IMG/VR virus record: IMGVR_UViG_3300047189_000028
Direction: 5' to 3' (one strand)
Source: a virus
Taxonomy: Duplodnaviria; Heunggongvirae; Uroviricota; Caudoviricetes
DNA length: 64,000 nt
The notes under the pieces are model-generated. The model was given only the letters and a program-made list of their open reading frames with translations. It did no database searches and was not told the DNA's origin. Numbering within the stretch: the first letter of the stretch is position 1; each line of letters opens with the position of its first letter. The translations under genes and the position numbers were made by a program. Below, in pieces: positions 27,025 to 35,136 of this stretch.

Positions 27025-27390
27025 ATGTACTCACGATCAGATCGACTTCGCCACTCGTGGGCGATCCTCCCGGCAACGATGGAGCTGTGGGGCAAGAAGA
27101 AGATCACGGTAGCTGAGTGCGTTTCCGTGTGGGACGAGGGCACAGTCTACGTGTGTGAGAACGAGCAGGGAAGGATCTGCTTCGTCCAGAGCTGCGGTGT
27201 TGACATCCAGGGCAAGGAGCCGATTGGATCGCGCCACGCCACTCACCACGACCAGACGCTTGTCTCGAAGGGCTTCTACAAGATCATCAATTACGTCGAG
27301 TACCGCAAGCAGGCTGACGGCACTGTGGCACTCAAGTCTGACCTGCCTTTCGACCGCAACCTCAAGGCAAGTCTCGCAGTTTTCAAGTGA
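27025..27390 (+). CDS. hypothetical protein (121 aa)
   Basis: TAACGAGGAGCAAGCATG. Confidence 0.5.
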   Translation: MYSRSDRLRHSWAILPATMELWGKKKITVAECVSVWDEGTVYVCENEQGRICFVQSCGVDIQGKEPIGSRHATHHDQTLVSKGFYKIINYVEYRKQADGTVALKSDLPFDRNLKASLAVFK

Positions 27391-27405
27391 TCTCCTTGGT
27401 AGTTG

Positions 27406-27432
27406 GGGTGGACCGCACACACCCCTTTTTTC
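27406..27432 (+). terminator. rho-independent terminator GGGGTG-gaccgcaca-CACCCC plus T6
   Basis: Read directly; followed immediately by the promoter at 27434..27462. Confidence 0.65.
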
Positions 27433-27433
27433 G

Positions 27434-27462
27434 TTGACCCTAACGTAGGAACACAGTATACT
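27434..27462 (+). promoter_or_regulatory. sigma70-like promoter TTGACC-N17-TATACT feeding the conserved leader
   Basis: TTGACCctaacgtaggaacacagTATACT. Confidence 0.55.
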
Positions 27463-27488
27463 CTCCCTACCAAGTGAGGAGACGGACA

Positions 27489-28031
27489 ATGAACCAGACA
27501 GTACGTGAGATCATGACCGACAAGGTGAACGGCGCTACGTTCATCGGTCTTGACACCGAAACCGCTGTGACGCTGAAGGGTGGAAAGAGCAATCCTCTTC
27601 AAGGCCGAGTCACGAAAGTCACCATCCGTTCGAATGTGATGGTGTTCCAGAACAAGCACACGAACGCCTACGAGAACATGGTCAATCGCCGTCTCGTCGA
27701 AGAGGGCAAAGATCCGAACAGCTTCCAGGTTGGTCCTCGTGCATGGGGCACTCGCGAGAAGGGCACGCCGTTCGTCACGCACAACGGCAACGAATACCTC
27801 GAAGTGATCTTCCTGAAATGCGGCGACGTCCACTATCGTGTCGATGGTGTCGTCACTCCGAAGTCGCAGATTCCTGGCCTGCCTGAGTCGAGTCAGGAGG
27901 CGCATCAAGGTGGACTTGACCAGAAAGTGATCATCCGGACTTTCGCGGTCGAGAGCATTCTGGCGATCACGATCGACAAGACGACTCACATCGTCAGCGA
28001 GCGTGCTCTGGCTCTGCAGCAGGTTGCTTGA
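27489..28031 (+). CDS. hypothetical protein (180 aa)
   Basis: Conserved leader CTCCCTACCAAGTGAGGAGACGGACAATG. Confidence 0.55.
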   Translation: MNQTVREIMTDKVNGATFIGLDTETAVTLKGGKSNPLQGRVTKVTIRSNVMVFQNKHTNAYENMVNRRLVEEGKDPNSFQVGPRAWGTREKGTPFVTHNGNEYLEVIFLKCGDVHYRVDGVVTPKSQIPGLPESSQEAHQGGLDQKVIIRTFAVESILAITIDKTTHIVSERALALQQVA

Positions 28032-28080
28032 ACTGAATCAGGGGAGAGCGTAAGCTCTCCCCAACGGTTAGGAGAGCATC

Positions 28081-28371
28081 ATGAAGTCGACGGAAGTTCA
28101 CGAAGCGCTGGTTGGTCTGGTAGACGCAGTCAGCAAGAAAGGTGATGTGTTCACCGTCCGCCGCGGGTTCTTCTACACGCACGGGATGACCTCTGAGAAG
28201 TTGTGGCACGCGATCCAGAGACGGTTCCCCAACGCGGTCCTCGTTGAGCACACCGACCAGTGGAAAAGCTTCCGCGGTGGTGCCGACTTGCGCAACTCGT
28301 CACACTTCTGCGTCAAGTTCACGCTCGCCCAGGTGGTCAGTGCTGGTGAACATCTCCGCGGCGGAGTGTAA
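28081..28371 (+). CDS. hypothetical protein (96 aa)
   Basis: A 9-bp-stem hairpin with GTAA loop (28038-28059) followed by AACGGTTAGGAGAGCATCATG. Confidence 0.5.
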   Translation: MKSTEVHEALVGLVDAVSKKGDVFTVRRGFFYTHGMTSEKLWHAIQRRFPNAVLVEHTDQWKSFRGGADLRNSSHFCVKFTLAQVVSAGEHLRGGV

Positions 28372-28399
28372 GCTCCCTCCAACGGTTAGGAGAACAGCG

Positions 28400-28717
28400 A
28401 TGAGCCAGGCAACGATCCGACTTCTCGTGAACTCATGCGCCCGGGTGTTCCCGCGGTACAAGGATGACCAGGTCCAGGCTGAAGCCGCCCGACTGTATCT
28501 CAACGCCGGTGGGTACATCACCGCGTGCACGCTGGAGACCAGCGAGGTTGGCAAGGCTGCTGCTGAAGAGATGTTCGACCTGACGAACAATCCCTCACGC
28601 AATGACGAGCGCGACACACGATACGGCAGCGGTGGGCGGTCGGTGTCGAGTGGCGACATCATCACGGTCGATGGCGTTGACTACCTCTGCTGCAGCATCG
28701 GATGGTTGCAGCTGTGA
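28400..28717 (+). CDS. hypothetical protein (105 aa)
   Basis: AACGGTTAGGAGAACAGCGATG. Confidence 0.5.
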   Translation: MSQATIRLLVNSCARVFPRYKDDQVQAEAARLYLNAGGYITACTLETSEVGKAAAEEMFDLTNNPSRNDERDTRYGSGGRSVSSGDIITVDGVDYLCCSIGWLQL

Positions 28718-28893
28718 GCAAGCAGCGCAAGCCCGACAACGGTCCCGAGTGGTTCCAAAAGGCCTTCGCCAAGGCCGCCCACAAAGACGACTGGGGTGTT
28801 GAGTGCATGTATGGGTACGCGGCATGGCGGCTCGTCAAGCTCGCTCTCCGGCGCCAGCGGATGTCAGACCGAAGGATCCCAACACCCTCGTAG
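28702..28893 (+). CDS. hypothetical protein (63 aa; start uncertain between ATG 28702 and GTG 28714)
   Basis: ORF track. Confidence 0.3.
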   Translation: MVAAVSKQRKPDNGPEWFQKAFAKAAHKDDWGVECMYGYAAWRLVKLALRRQRMSDRRIPTPS

Positions 28894-28942
28894 GCCTGTA
28901 CGACTTGGTCAGCTATAATCTCCTCACAGTAAGGAGAGCGGC

Positions 28943-29332
28943 ATGGAACTGAGCGAGATCAAAGTCTACCGAATCAATGACCAGGTTGTCTGGCGGGCCG
29001 GTCAGCCGATCGCCGACCTTGAGGCGATCATCAACCGCAAGCTCCCCACCCCCGGCATCCGCCCGTACCAGGCCGCCGCAGTCGCCCAGATCGCCAGCCA
29101 GCCGACCGCCTCGATAGAGATGCCGGCCGGCGCCGGCAAGAGCATCCCCACCCCAGTCCGCACGGCAGCCGCTAAGGGTGGTAGCAAGAAGGAGCAGGCG
29201 ATAGCGATCTACCGCAACATGGCCGGCGCTAGCAAGGCTGAGATCATCCAGGCATTCATCACTCAGCTGAGCATGAGTGCTGCCGGTGCGAGCACATACT
29301 ACTACACAGCTAAGGCTGCTGTTGTCTCCTAA
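28943..29332 (+). CDS. member of paralogous family with conserved C-terminal domain
   Basis: C-terminus KAEIIQAFITQLSMSAAGASTYYYTAKAA; CAGTAAGGAGAGCGGCATG. Confidence 0.5.
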   Translation: MELSEIKVYRINDQVVWRAGQPIADLEAIINRKLPTPGIRPYQAAAVAQIASQPTASIEMPAGAGKSIPTPVRTAAAKGGSKKEQAIAIYRNMAGASKAEIIQAFITQLSMSAAGASTYYYTAKAAVVS

Positions 29333-29373
29333 CCTACATTAGGGTAAGCTCTCTACATCTACTGGAGACTACT

Positions 29374-29598
29374 ATGCGACTGCGAGACATACTGAAGCAT
29401 AAGGTGGTAGGCAATGCGCACCACGACATGCCTCTGCTCAATGCGATTGATGCGTACGTGATGAACAAGCGTACGCCTACGGCCGGCAAGCTCCAGGCGC
29501 TCGCCAAGATGGACAGCGTGATGGGGTTGCAGCCTCCTGCGAACCCTGAGTACGCTCTCAAGGTCTACCTTGCGACGCGTGCGGAGGACTTCGCCTAG
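29374..29598 (+). CDS. hypothetical protein (74 aa)
   Basis: ORF track; last gene of the plus block. Confidence 0.45.
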   Translation: MRLRDILKHKVVGNAHHDMPLLNAIDAYVMNKRTPTAGKLQALAKMDSVMGLQPPANPEYALKVYLATRAEDFA

Positions 29599-29699
29599 CA
29601 TACTGTGGTGGGTGATGTGGGTGTACGGGACTGACCCGGGCACCCAAAAACAAGATCGAGGTCCCTTCGACTCGACAGACACGCTTGACCTGGCGTAGC

Positions 29700-29840
29700 C
29701 AACGAATTTAATTTTTTGACCCAATCGCCAAATCCTAAAAAATAATCTATTACCGCACAAAAATTTGAAATCCAAGTTCTACCCGTACAAAAATTTTTAC
29801 ACACGCCAAAATACGCGTGGTCAAAAATTTTTACACGCTA
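29700..29840. repeat. AT-rich zone with three direct repeats (C)ACAAAAATTT(TT)ACAC spaced ~32 bp, at the convergence of the plus and minus transcription blocks
   Basis: Read directly: copies at 29756, 29786, 29819; also two TTGACC copies and ACGCGT. Confidence 0.7.
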
Positions 29841-30037
29841 TTTTTGGAGATACAAATTCAATTTCCGTAAGAAATCCTGGACATCCAACAAGATATACCC
29901 ACTAGCTTCCCTCTGCAACCACGAATGACAGGTTTGTTCGTGGTCAAAATGCTTGCAATCATATTTCTGTGTTAGGGTATTATAGAAAGCGGTAGTCCAA
30001 CCGCGTGCCCTATCACATTTCCACACATAAGCGAAGA

Positions 30038-30346
30038 TCATGAGCCAGCAAAGACTTGTTCAAGCCATTTACGCGGTAGTTCCTTCTTGTCAGCCGCCCA
30101 ATAAGCGTTCCAATTGGCATACCCGGGCGGTGTTACTGCATGGAGCTTGGACTGCTGATCGCGTGTTAGCTCTTCATTATGACCGCAAATCGAACATTTC
30201 CCTGTAAAAACGATCTCAACGTCCTTGGCTTCGAGCAAATAAGGACCACCACCGAAGCAACCGCAACCGGAGTGGGAGTTTCCTAGTCCGTGTGGATTGA
30301 TAGCATATCCTGGAATTAGGTCAATATCACATTTGGGGCATTTCAT
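30038..30346 (-). CDS. zinc-ribbon protein (102 aa)
   Basis: CPKC...CGC...CSIC. Confidence 0.5.
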   Translation of the reverse strand: MKCPKCDIDLIPGYAINPHGLGNSHSGCGCFGGGPYLLEAKDVEIVFTGKCSICGHNEELTRDQQSKLHAVTPPGYANWNAYWAADKKELPRKWLEQVFAGS

Positions 30347-30573
30347 ATTTGCGTTCCTGGTGGAGAAGTGTCAACACACACTATTGTGAACTTGATAATA
30401 CCATTCTTCTTCAATACGGCGACGTTTTCAGGAGAGGTTAATTCCTCGTAAAATGCATTACGCGCCTCAATACACTTTTCGTGTGTCATAGGAGAAAGAC
30501 CATTTGCAAATTCCTGGCCATTAGGATATTGGGGTGAGAACATGAGGATCAAAAGGACGAAGTGTTCTAACAT
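30343..30573 (-). CDS. hypothetical protein (76 aa)
   Basis: ORF track. Confidence 0.4.
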   Translation of the reverse strand: MLEHFVLLILMFSPQYPNGQEFANGLSPMTHEKCIEARNAFYEELTSPENVAVLKKNGIIKFTIVCVDTSPPGTQI

Positions 30574-30581
30574 AGTAGCTC

Positions 30582-30896
30582 CTATCTCGTCTTTGATAAA
30601 TCTCGGTTGTTTCTAAAAAGGAATGCCTGAATCACCCATGCTAAATTCGCGGTGACAGTGACGAGTGTGCCAAAAAACGCGTAGTGAGCATGGAGGTGCC
30701 AAAGAAAGAATGCACTATAGCATCCTGCCGCCATGAAGTATATATTTGTCCACCAGTTAACGCCACTTACATGGCGGTCTTTGTGTAAACGTACGACATT
30801 GCTCCAGTTGAGAACTCCACCTATCCCACTGATTATTGCTGCTAAGATGTCAGCATTGAAATCCATTATGTTAACTTCTCCGCTGTTGATCGCCAC
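30582..30896 (-). CDS. membrane protein (104 aa)
   Basis: ORF track; hydrophobic helices. Confidence 0.45.
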   Translation of the reverse strand: MAINSGEVNIMDFNADILAAIISGIGGVLNWSNVVRLHKDRHVSGVNWWTNIYFMAAGCYSAFFLWHLHAHYAFFGTLVTVTANLAWVIQAFLFRNNRDLSKTR

Positions 30897-31183
30897 TGAT
30901 GGAGATCAAAAGCGTGCCTTGCTTGTGCGAGGACGGACTCAACTGAACTCCCATACCAAACGTAACTGCCAATCGGTGTATTTGGATAGATCTGAAGTGT
31001 CCAAATAGAGTTTAGCTCCCTCATAAGACGCAGTTGACCACTATCAACATCTGCAAACTTGTGTGGGTTGTCTTCAATGTGCTCTGCTGCAGTTGTGTAA
31101 TCTGTGGCATGATCATTATATGTCAAATGAATTGAGTTTGCCTTCAGGCCACGAAACCAGTTGTAGTCGGTGATAATCTTCAT
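30866..31183 (-). CDS. hypothetical protein (105 aa)
   Basis: ORF track. Confidence 0.45.
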   Translation of the reverse strand: MKIITDYNWFRGLKANSIHLTYNDHATDYTTAAEHIEDNPHKFADVDSGQLRLMRELNSIWTLQIYPNTPIGSYVWYGSSVESVLAQARHAFDLHQWRSTAEKLT

Positions 31184-31389
31184 GACTTCTTTCCAGACTT
31201 GCCAACCGTTGATAGCTTGCGGCGCTGCTTGAAGTTACCGTTACGATGAACGAACACTGCACGGTTCGTTGTTGCAATCAGCTTCTTAGTTGCCCTTTTG
31301 CATAGAGGGCACTTGATCTTGTCTTCGAACTTAGCAAGTTCAGTAAAAACGTGCTTGCACTTCTTGCATTGATATTCATACAGCGGCAT
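31180..31389 (-). CDS. FmdB-family zinc-ribbon protein
   Basis: MPLYEYQCKKCKH...CPLCK is the YEYxCxxC signature. Confidence 0.5.
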   Translation of the reverse strand: MPLYEYQCKKCKHVFTELAKFEDKIKCPLCKRATKKLIATTNRAVFVHRNGNFKQRRKLSTVGKSGKKS

Positions 31390-31390
31390 G

Positions 31391-31726
31391 TCAATCTCTC
31401 TTGTATTGTGTAAGTAGTTTGTTAAGGACTTCAGGTGTCTCTGAATCGATTTCGGTCAAAAACTGGTTATCTTCGTTCTGATTTTCTTCATTAACAAGGT
31501 ACTGCATGTAGCTTATGCTTGACTCTAGCTCGCGGGCAAATGACTGGTTATCGTCAATTTCAATTTCATCAACAATGAAAACCTTATGGTGATTTTCACG
31601 AAAGTACTCTGCATTATCTGTAATCCAAGGTGCTGACTGCTCTGCCTTCTCACGAGTTGAGAATATACCAGTTGCGTATGCTCCACCTTCGTATGGACAA
31701 TAGATTCCAGCGATAAACACTTTCAT
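31391..31726 (-). CDS. hypothetical protein (111 aa)
   Basis: ORF track. Confidence 0.45.
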   Translation of the reverse strand: MKVFIAGIYCPYEGGAYATGIFSTREKAEQSAPWITDNAEYFRENHHKVFIVDEIEIDDNQSFARELESSISYMQYLVNEENQNEDNQFLTEIDSETPEVLNKLLTQYKRD

Positions 31727-31908
31727 TGTTTGCTAACCTTTGCCTTACACGCAGAACAAGGAGTATTCTTTTTAGTAAACGCTTTGCGGAGGATTTGGAT
31801 AACAGCAATCACCGCAGCAATGATGATAAGACCAACCGTAACGTTTTCATACACAGAGTAACCAGTTAGCATGTTAGTCCAGTGTGAAGTGAGTTGTCTC
31901 TGATTCAA
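31723..31908 (-). CDS. small membrane protein (61 aa)
   Basis: ORF track. Confidence 0.4.
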   Translation of the reverse strand: MNQRQLTSHWTNMLTGYSVYENVTVGLIIIAAVIAVIQILRKAFTKKNTPCSACKAKVSKQ

Positions 31909-32398
31909 TCTGCTTTGTTAGCTCAACAATATCATCAAATGACATACGTTCTGGATTGTCTGCTGTTTTGTAGATAGCGCTGTTCTTTTCAGCCTCAATA
32001 CACTCACAACTAATAACCCACGAGCGATCTTGTGTTGATTTACGAATGACGCTATCAGCGTACTCCGCAACGTACTCCGCAAGTCCCTCACAGCTGATCA
32101 ATGGGAATGTTCTCAGTGCAACGTGGCCGAGCTTTTCCAGCTTACGGAATGTTCCAACCATTGGATCATCTGCTTGTAGAATCACAGTGTGATCAAACCA
32201 GTATTCAAGCTTTCGCTTGATCTCTCTCATGATTCCACCGAAGTCGACAACGAATCCTTGCTTATCTAGGTTCTTGCAACCGAAGACAAACTTGAATGAA
32301 CGGTCGTATCCATGAAGTAGGTAGCAATCGCTATCACTACGATGATTGCGGTAGGCACATGGGCCAAGCTCTTTGAAATATTTTGTTGACGTATACAT
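31874..32398 (-). CDS. QueD/PTPS-like T-fold protein (second paralog)
   Basis: CYLLHGY...GFVVDFGGIMREIKRKLEYWFDHTVIL matches the PTPS/QueD pattern C..HGH...G.v.DF..l......lDH..l. The third His is replaced by Tyr. Confidence 0.5.
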   Translation of the reverse strand: MYTSTKYFKELGPCAYRNHRSDSDCYLLHGYDRSFKFVFGCKNLDKQGFVVDFGGIMREIKRKLEYWFDHTVILQADDPMVGTFRKLEKLGHVALRTFPLISCEGLAEYVAEYADSVIRKSTQDRSWVISCECIEAEKNSAIYKTADNPERMSFDDIVELTKQIESETTHFTLD

Positions 32399-32421
32399 TA
32401 TAGTTATTCCTTATCCGTATG

Positions 32422-33063
32422 TTATAATTGTACCATCCACGAGCGGCCGAATGCAACAGCTTTATCACCAAACGAATCGATGACCGCCTTAATCACGCTT
32501 GGCCAACCTATTTGCCCATCTGCATCAGCAACGAAATCATCACCGGCGAGGATTCCGCCTTTTTTGATTTTAGGTTCCCATGCTTGAATATCAGCCTTGA
32601 CACTATTGTAATCGTGGGCCGCATCAAGGTATACAAAATCAAGGGAATGATTTGCATACAGGTTTGCTGCCTGGACAGATGTGCTGTGGATAACGGTAAT
32701 GTGATCTTTAACAGGGACAATGTTCTCAATAAACAATCGCTGTGCCTCTTTACAAGGCATTAAAAATATCTCCTTGTGTCGAGAGAACGTTTCACGGAGC
32801 ATTGGATCTGTTGCAATAAGAAAATCAGCAAGGTCAGGACAAGGATTGTATCCTTCCTCTGCCCACGAATCAACACAGTCGAATTTGATTTGTTTTCCTG
32901 AGTTTATGATTTCAACTGCCATGAACGCAGCAGATCTACCCTTCCATGAACCAACTTCTACAAAATGAGAACCAGTGGGGAAACGCTCAACAGCCATCTT
33001 GTAGATGTCGTCAAACCCAAACCAAGCATCACCAAATTTTTCGTCTTTGTAGAAGTGTTCCAT
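32422..33063 (-). CDS. class I SAM-dependent methyltransferase (TylF/CmcI-like, Methyltransf_24-like)
   Basis: Motif I HFVEVGSWKGRSA, an acidic loop FDFVYLDAAHDY, and GGILAGDD. Start uncertain: ATG 33063, or 33147 with overlap. Confidence 0.55.
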   Translation of the reverse strand: MEHFYKDEKFGDAWFGFDDIYKMAVERFPTGSHFVEVGSWKGRSAAFMAVEIINSGKQIKFDCVDSWAEEGYNPCPDLADFLIATDPMLRETFSRHKEIFLMPCKEAQRLFIENIVPVKDHITVIHSTSVQAANLYANHSLDFVYLDAAHDYNSVKADIQAWEPKIKKGGILAGDDFVADADGQIGWPSVIKAVIDSFGDKAVAFGRSWMVQL

Positions 33064-33073
33064 CCAATATTTA

Positions 33074-33370
33074 CTACATCCTTGGCCAAGGTTTGCAAGG
33101 AAGAATCTCAGATTCTGGAGGTTGAGTGACACCCTGCAGCCAATCATATGCGATCGCCTTTTCTTCTTCGTTCATCAACCCTGTGGGCATAACCGGACCA
33201 TACGCATGATTAAGCAACGTCTTGAGGTTAAAAGCAAACTGCTTTGCCTCTTCGACATTCATTGAAATTTTGATCTTGTCATCAGGAGACTCAGTCATTA
33301 CAACTGCTTTATCAAAAGCACGGAGATGTTTCTGGACCCATTCAATCAGTTCACGACTTGGGGGTGGCAT
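33074..33370 (-). CDS. hypothetical protein (98 aa)
   Basis: Internal ATG (MPPPSREL...) with AGGAAATTCAA RBS. Confidence 0.45.
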   Translation of the reverse strand: MPPPSRELIEWVQKHLRAFDKAVVMTESPDDKIKISMNVEEAKQFAFNLKTLLNHAYGPVMPTGLMNEEEKAIAYDWLQGVTQPPESEILPCKPWPRM

Positions 33371-33878
33371 TTGAATTTCCTGAGTTAGGGGCAATTAGCC
33401 CATTTGCAACAAACAATGCTTGAACATCAACCATAGCGGCCTGATAACCGTCGACATATCCCTGACGATACCCATTGACATATCCTTCCTGTATTCCAGC
33501 CTTGAATACACGAATGTCACGGTTCGCTTCATCGACAACCTTTTCTTGATTCGCATTATGATCTGTCACTGCCTGCTTTGTCAATGCTGGCAGCGTCTCA
33601 CCAAGAAGTTTTGATAATCCAGGTTCTCTTACAACCTTAATCATTTGCGAGGGGAGGAGTTCAACAAGCAAATCTTTTCCATGTTCACCAATCACTGCTG
33701 TGATGAATCCAGTTGCTCCCTGCCTACGGATCGTTCCCTTCTTTCCATGCCAATCTGGGTGTGTTGGGGCATTGATCGTAATGAAGTCACCTACTTCGAA
33801 GTTACTCACTGTCCCACCACTTTGTGAATCGGTTCCAGAAAGAAGGCTCAACATAGCTTTCCATATTTTCTTGAACAT
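33351..33878 (-). CDS. hypothetical protein (175 aa; N-terminus overlaps the upstream ORF, start uncertain)
   Basis: ATG MFKKIW with AAGGAATCTCC RBS. Confidence 0.4.
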   Translation of the reverse strand: MFKKIWKAMLSLLSGTDSQSGGTVSNFEVGDFITINAPTHPDWHGKKGTIRRQGATGFITAVIGEHGKDLLVELLPSQMIKVVREPGLSKLLGETLPALTKQAVTDHNANQEKVVDEANRDIRVFKAGIQEGYVNGYRQGYVDGYQAAMVDVQALFVANGLIAPNSGNSNATPKS

Positions 33879-34191
33879 TTGGAGATTCCTTCGTCTGTTC
33901 TGACGATGCAGAGTACTTCTTGCCGTTGACAAAAATCTCATCGTCTTCGATCACAATCGAAATTCCCTCACTCTTACCAACACTAAGGTCGATTTTCTGA
34001 CCGTTGATCGTTCCCTTGATCGATGCACCTGTTGGCTTCATGTCATCGAACATAATATCAACTTCATCGAACACTTTGTCCATCTCAACGAACGTTGAGT
34101 TTATATCGAGGAACACTTGATCCATCGATGCACTAATCTTGTCCATTGACTTTGATAGGCGTTCTGTTGCTTTGTTGAGATTATCATTCAT
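33802..34191 (-). CDS. hypothetical protein (129 aa)
   Basis: ORF track. Confidence 0.45.
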   Translation of the reverse strand: MNDNLNKATERLSKSMDKISASMDQVFLDINSTFVEMDKVFDEVDIMFDDMKPTGASIKGTINGQKIDLSVGKSEGISIVIEDDEIFVNGKKYSASSEQTKESPNVQENMESYVEPSFWNRFTKWWDSE

Positions 34192-34481
34192 GGCTTGAAC
34201 TCAAATACTTTTGCACCGTATGCTTCCATAGCAAATCCCGTGACACCATTGTGGACATGAACAACTCGTCCATATCGCTTGTGGATCTTGACAACGGTGC
34301 CAAGATCAATTGCGAAGCTCAGCTCAATGAGAGCGCCGAGCGGAAGTGCCATTCCTTCTGTCTTGATTGCAACACCACTTGCAGATAAATTGACTGCCTG
34401 GCACATCTTCGAGTCTTTCCCCTCGGGTCGGACATGTACACGAGTTTTCGCGCGGTGGCGAGTATGAAGACGTCGTTCCAT
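34188..34481 (-). CDS. PilZ-domain protein (c-di-GMP-binding-like)
   Basis: RRLHTRHR (RxxxR) followed by NLSASG (D/NxSxxG) with ~20-aa spacing. Start at MERRLH (GGAGG 9 nt upstream). Confidence 0.5.
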   Translation of the reverse strand: MERRLHTRHRAKTRVHVRPEGKDSKMCQAVNLSASGVAIKTEGMALPLGALIELSFAIDLGTVVKIHKRYGRVVHVHNGVTGFAMEAYGAKVFEFKP

Positions 34482-34495
34482 TTTTACTTCCTCCG

Positions 34496-34753
34496 TCATA
34501 TCACACCATGTACCTTCCAGTACGAAAGGATTGCGACAGTAGCGCCGACAGAAATCACCGTTGTCAAAAACAGGATTGCATACGCCCACTTCTTGAACTT
34601 TGCAAATCCTTTGTAAATTTTTGGAATATCAAGTTCTTTACAAATGAACCCGAACATCCAGTTAACAACTGCAATCTGTGCGATCGTAACAACTGATAAT
34701 GCAGACACTAGTGTGCCAGCCGTGTAAATCCAATTCAGTGTCTCGTGGCTCAT
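34496..34753 (-). CDS. membrane protein (85 aa)
   Basis: ORF track. Confidence 0.45.
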   Translation of the reverse strand: MSHETLNWIYTAGTLVSALSVVTIAQIAVVNWMFGFICKELDIPKIYKGFAKFKKWAYAILFLTTVISVGATVAILSYWKVHGVI

Positions 34754-35088
34754 AGATGTTCCTTGATCTTCTCGATCTTCGCCTCAGCGTCTTCGTACCG
34801 TTTCTTGTACTCTACGAGACGAGCATTCAGTATTTCGATGTCGCTTTGCAACTTTGCAATCGTCACCGCTGTAACGCCATGCTGTTGATCAAGTGCAGTA
34901 TAATGCTCACGAATTGCTGTCAAGTGCTGCTCAATTGGATTTGGGATTGCTACAGGGATTCGAGATCCAATCGTCACCGTTCTATATCCAGATGATACCA
35001 TCGGAGCTGAAGCGTCAGGGGCTGGATGATGCCAGGTCATCCCACCATTCTCACTCCACCAACCATCTTCACGCACTTGTCGAGACAT
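34750..35088 (-). CDS. coiled-coil protein (112 aa)
   Basis: First gene after the promoter at 35108..35136. Confidence 0.5.
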   Translation of the reverse strand: MSRQVREDGWWSENGGMTWHHPAPDASAPMVSSGYRTVTIGSRIPVAIPNPIEQHLTAIREHYTALDQQHGVTAVTIAKLQSDIEILNARLVEYKKRYEDAEAKIEKIKEHL

Positions 35089-35107
35089 AAGTTTACCTCT
35101 GGTGAAG

Positions 35108-35136
35108 ATTATACCCTAACATAGGAAAAAGATCAA
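35108..35136 (-). promoter_or_regulatory. sigma70-like promoter TTGATC-N17-(TTAGGG)TATAAT
   Basis: rc: TTGATCtttttcctatgttagggTATAAT. Confidence 0.55.
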
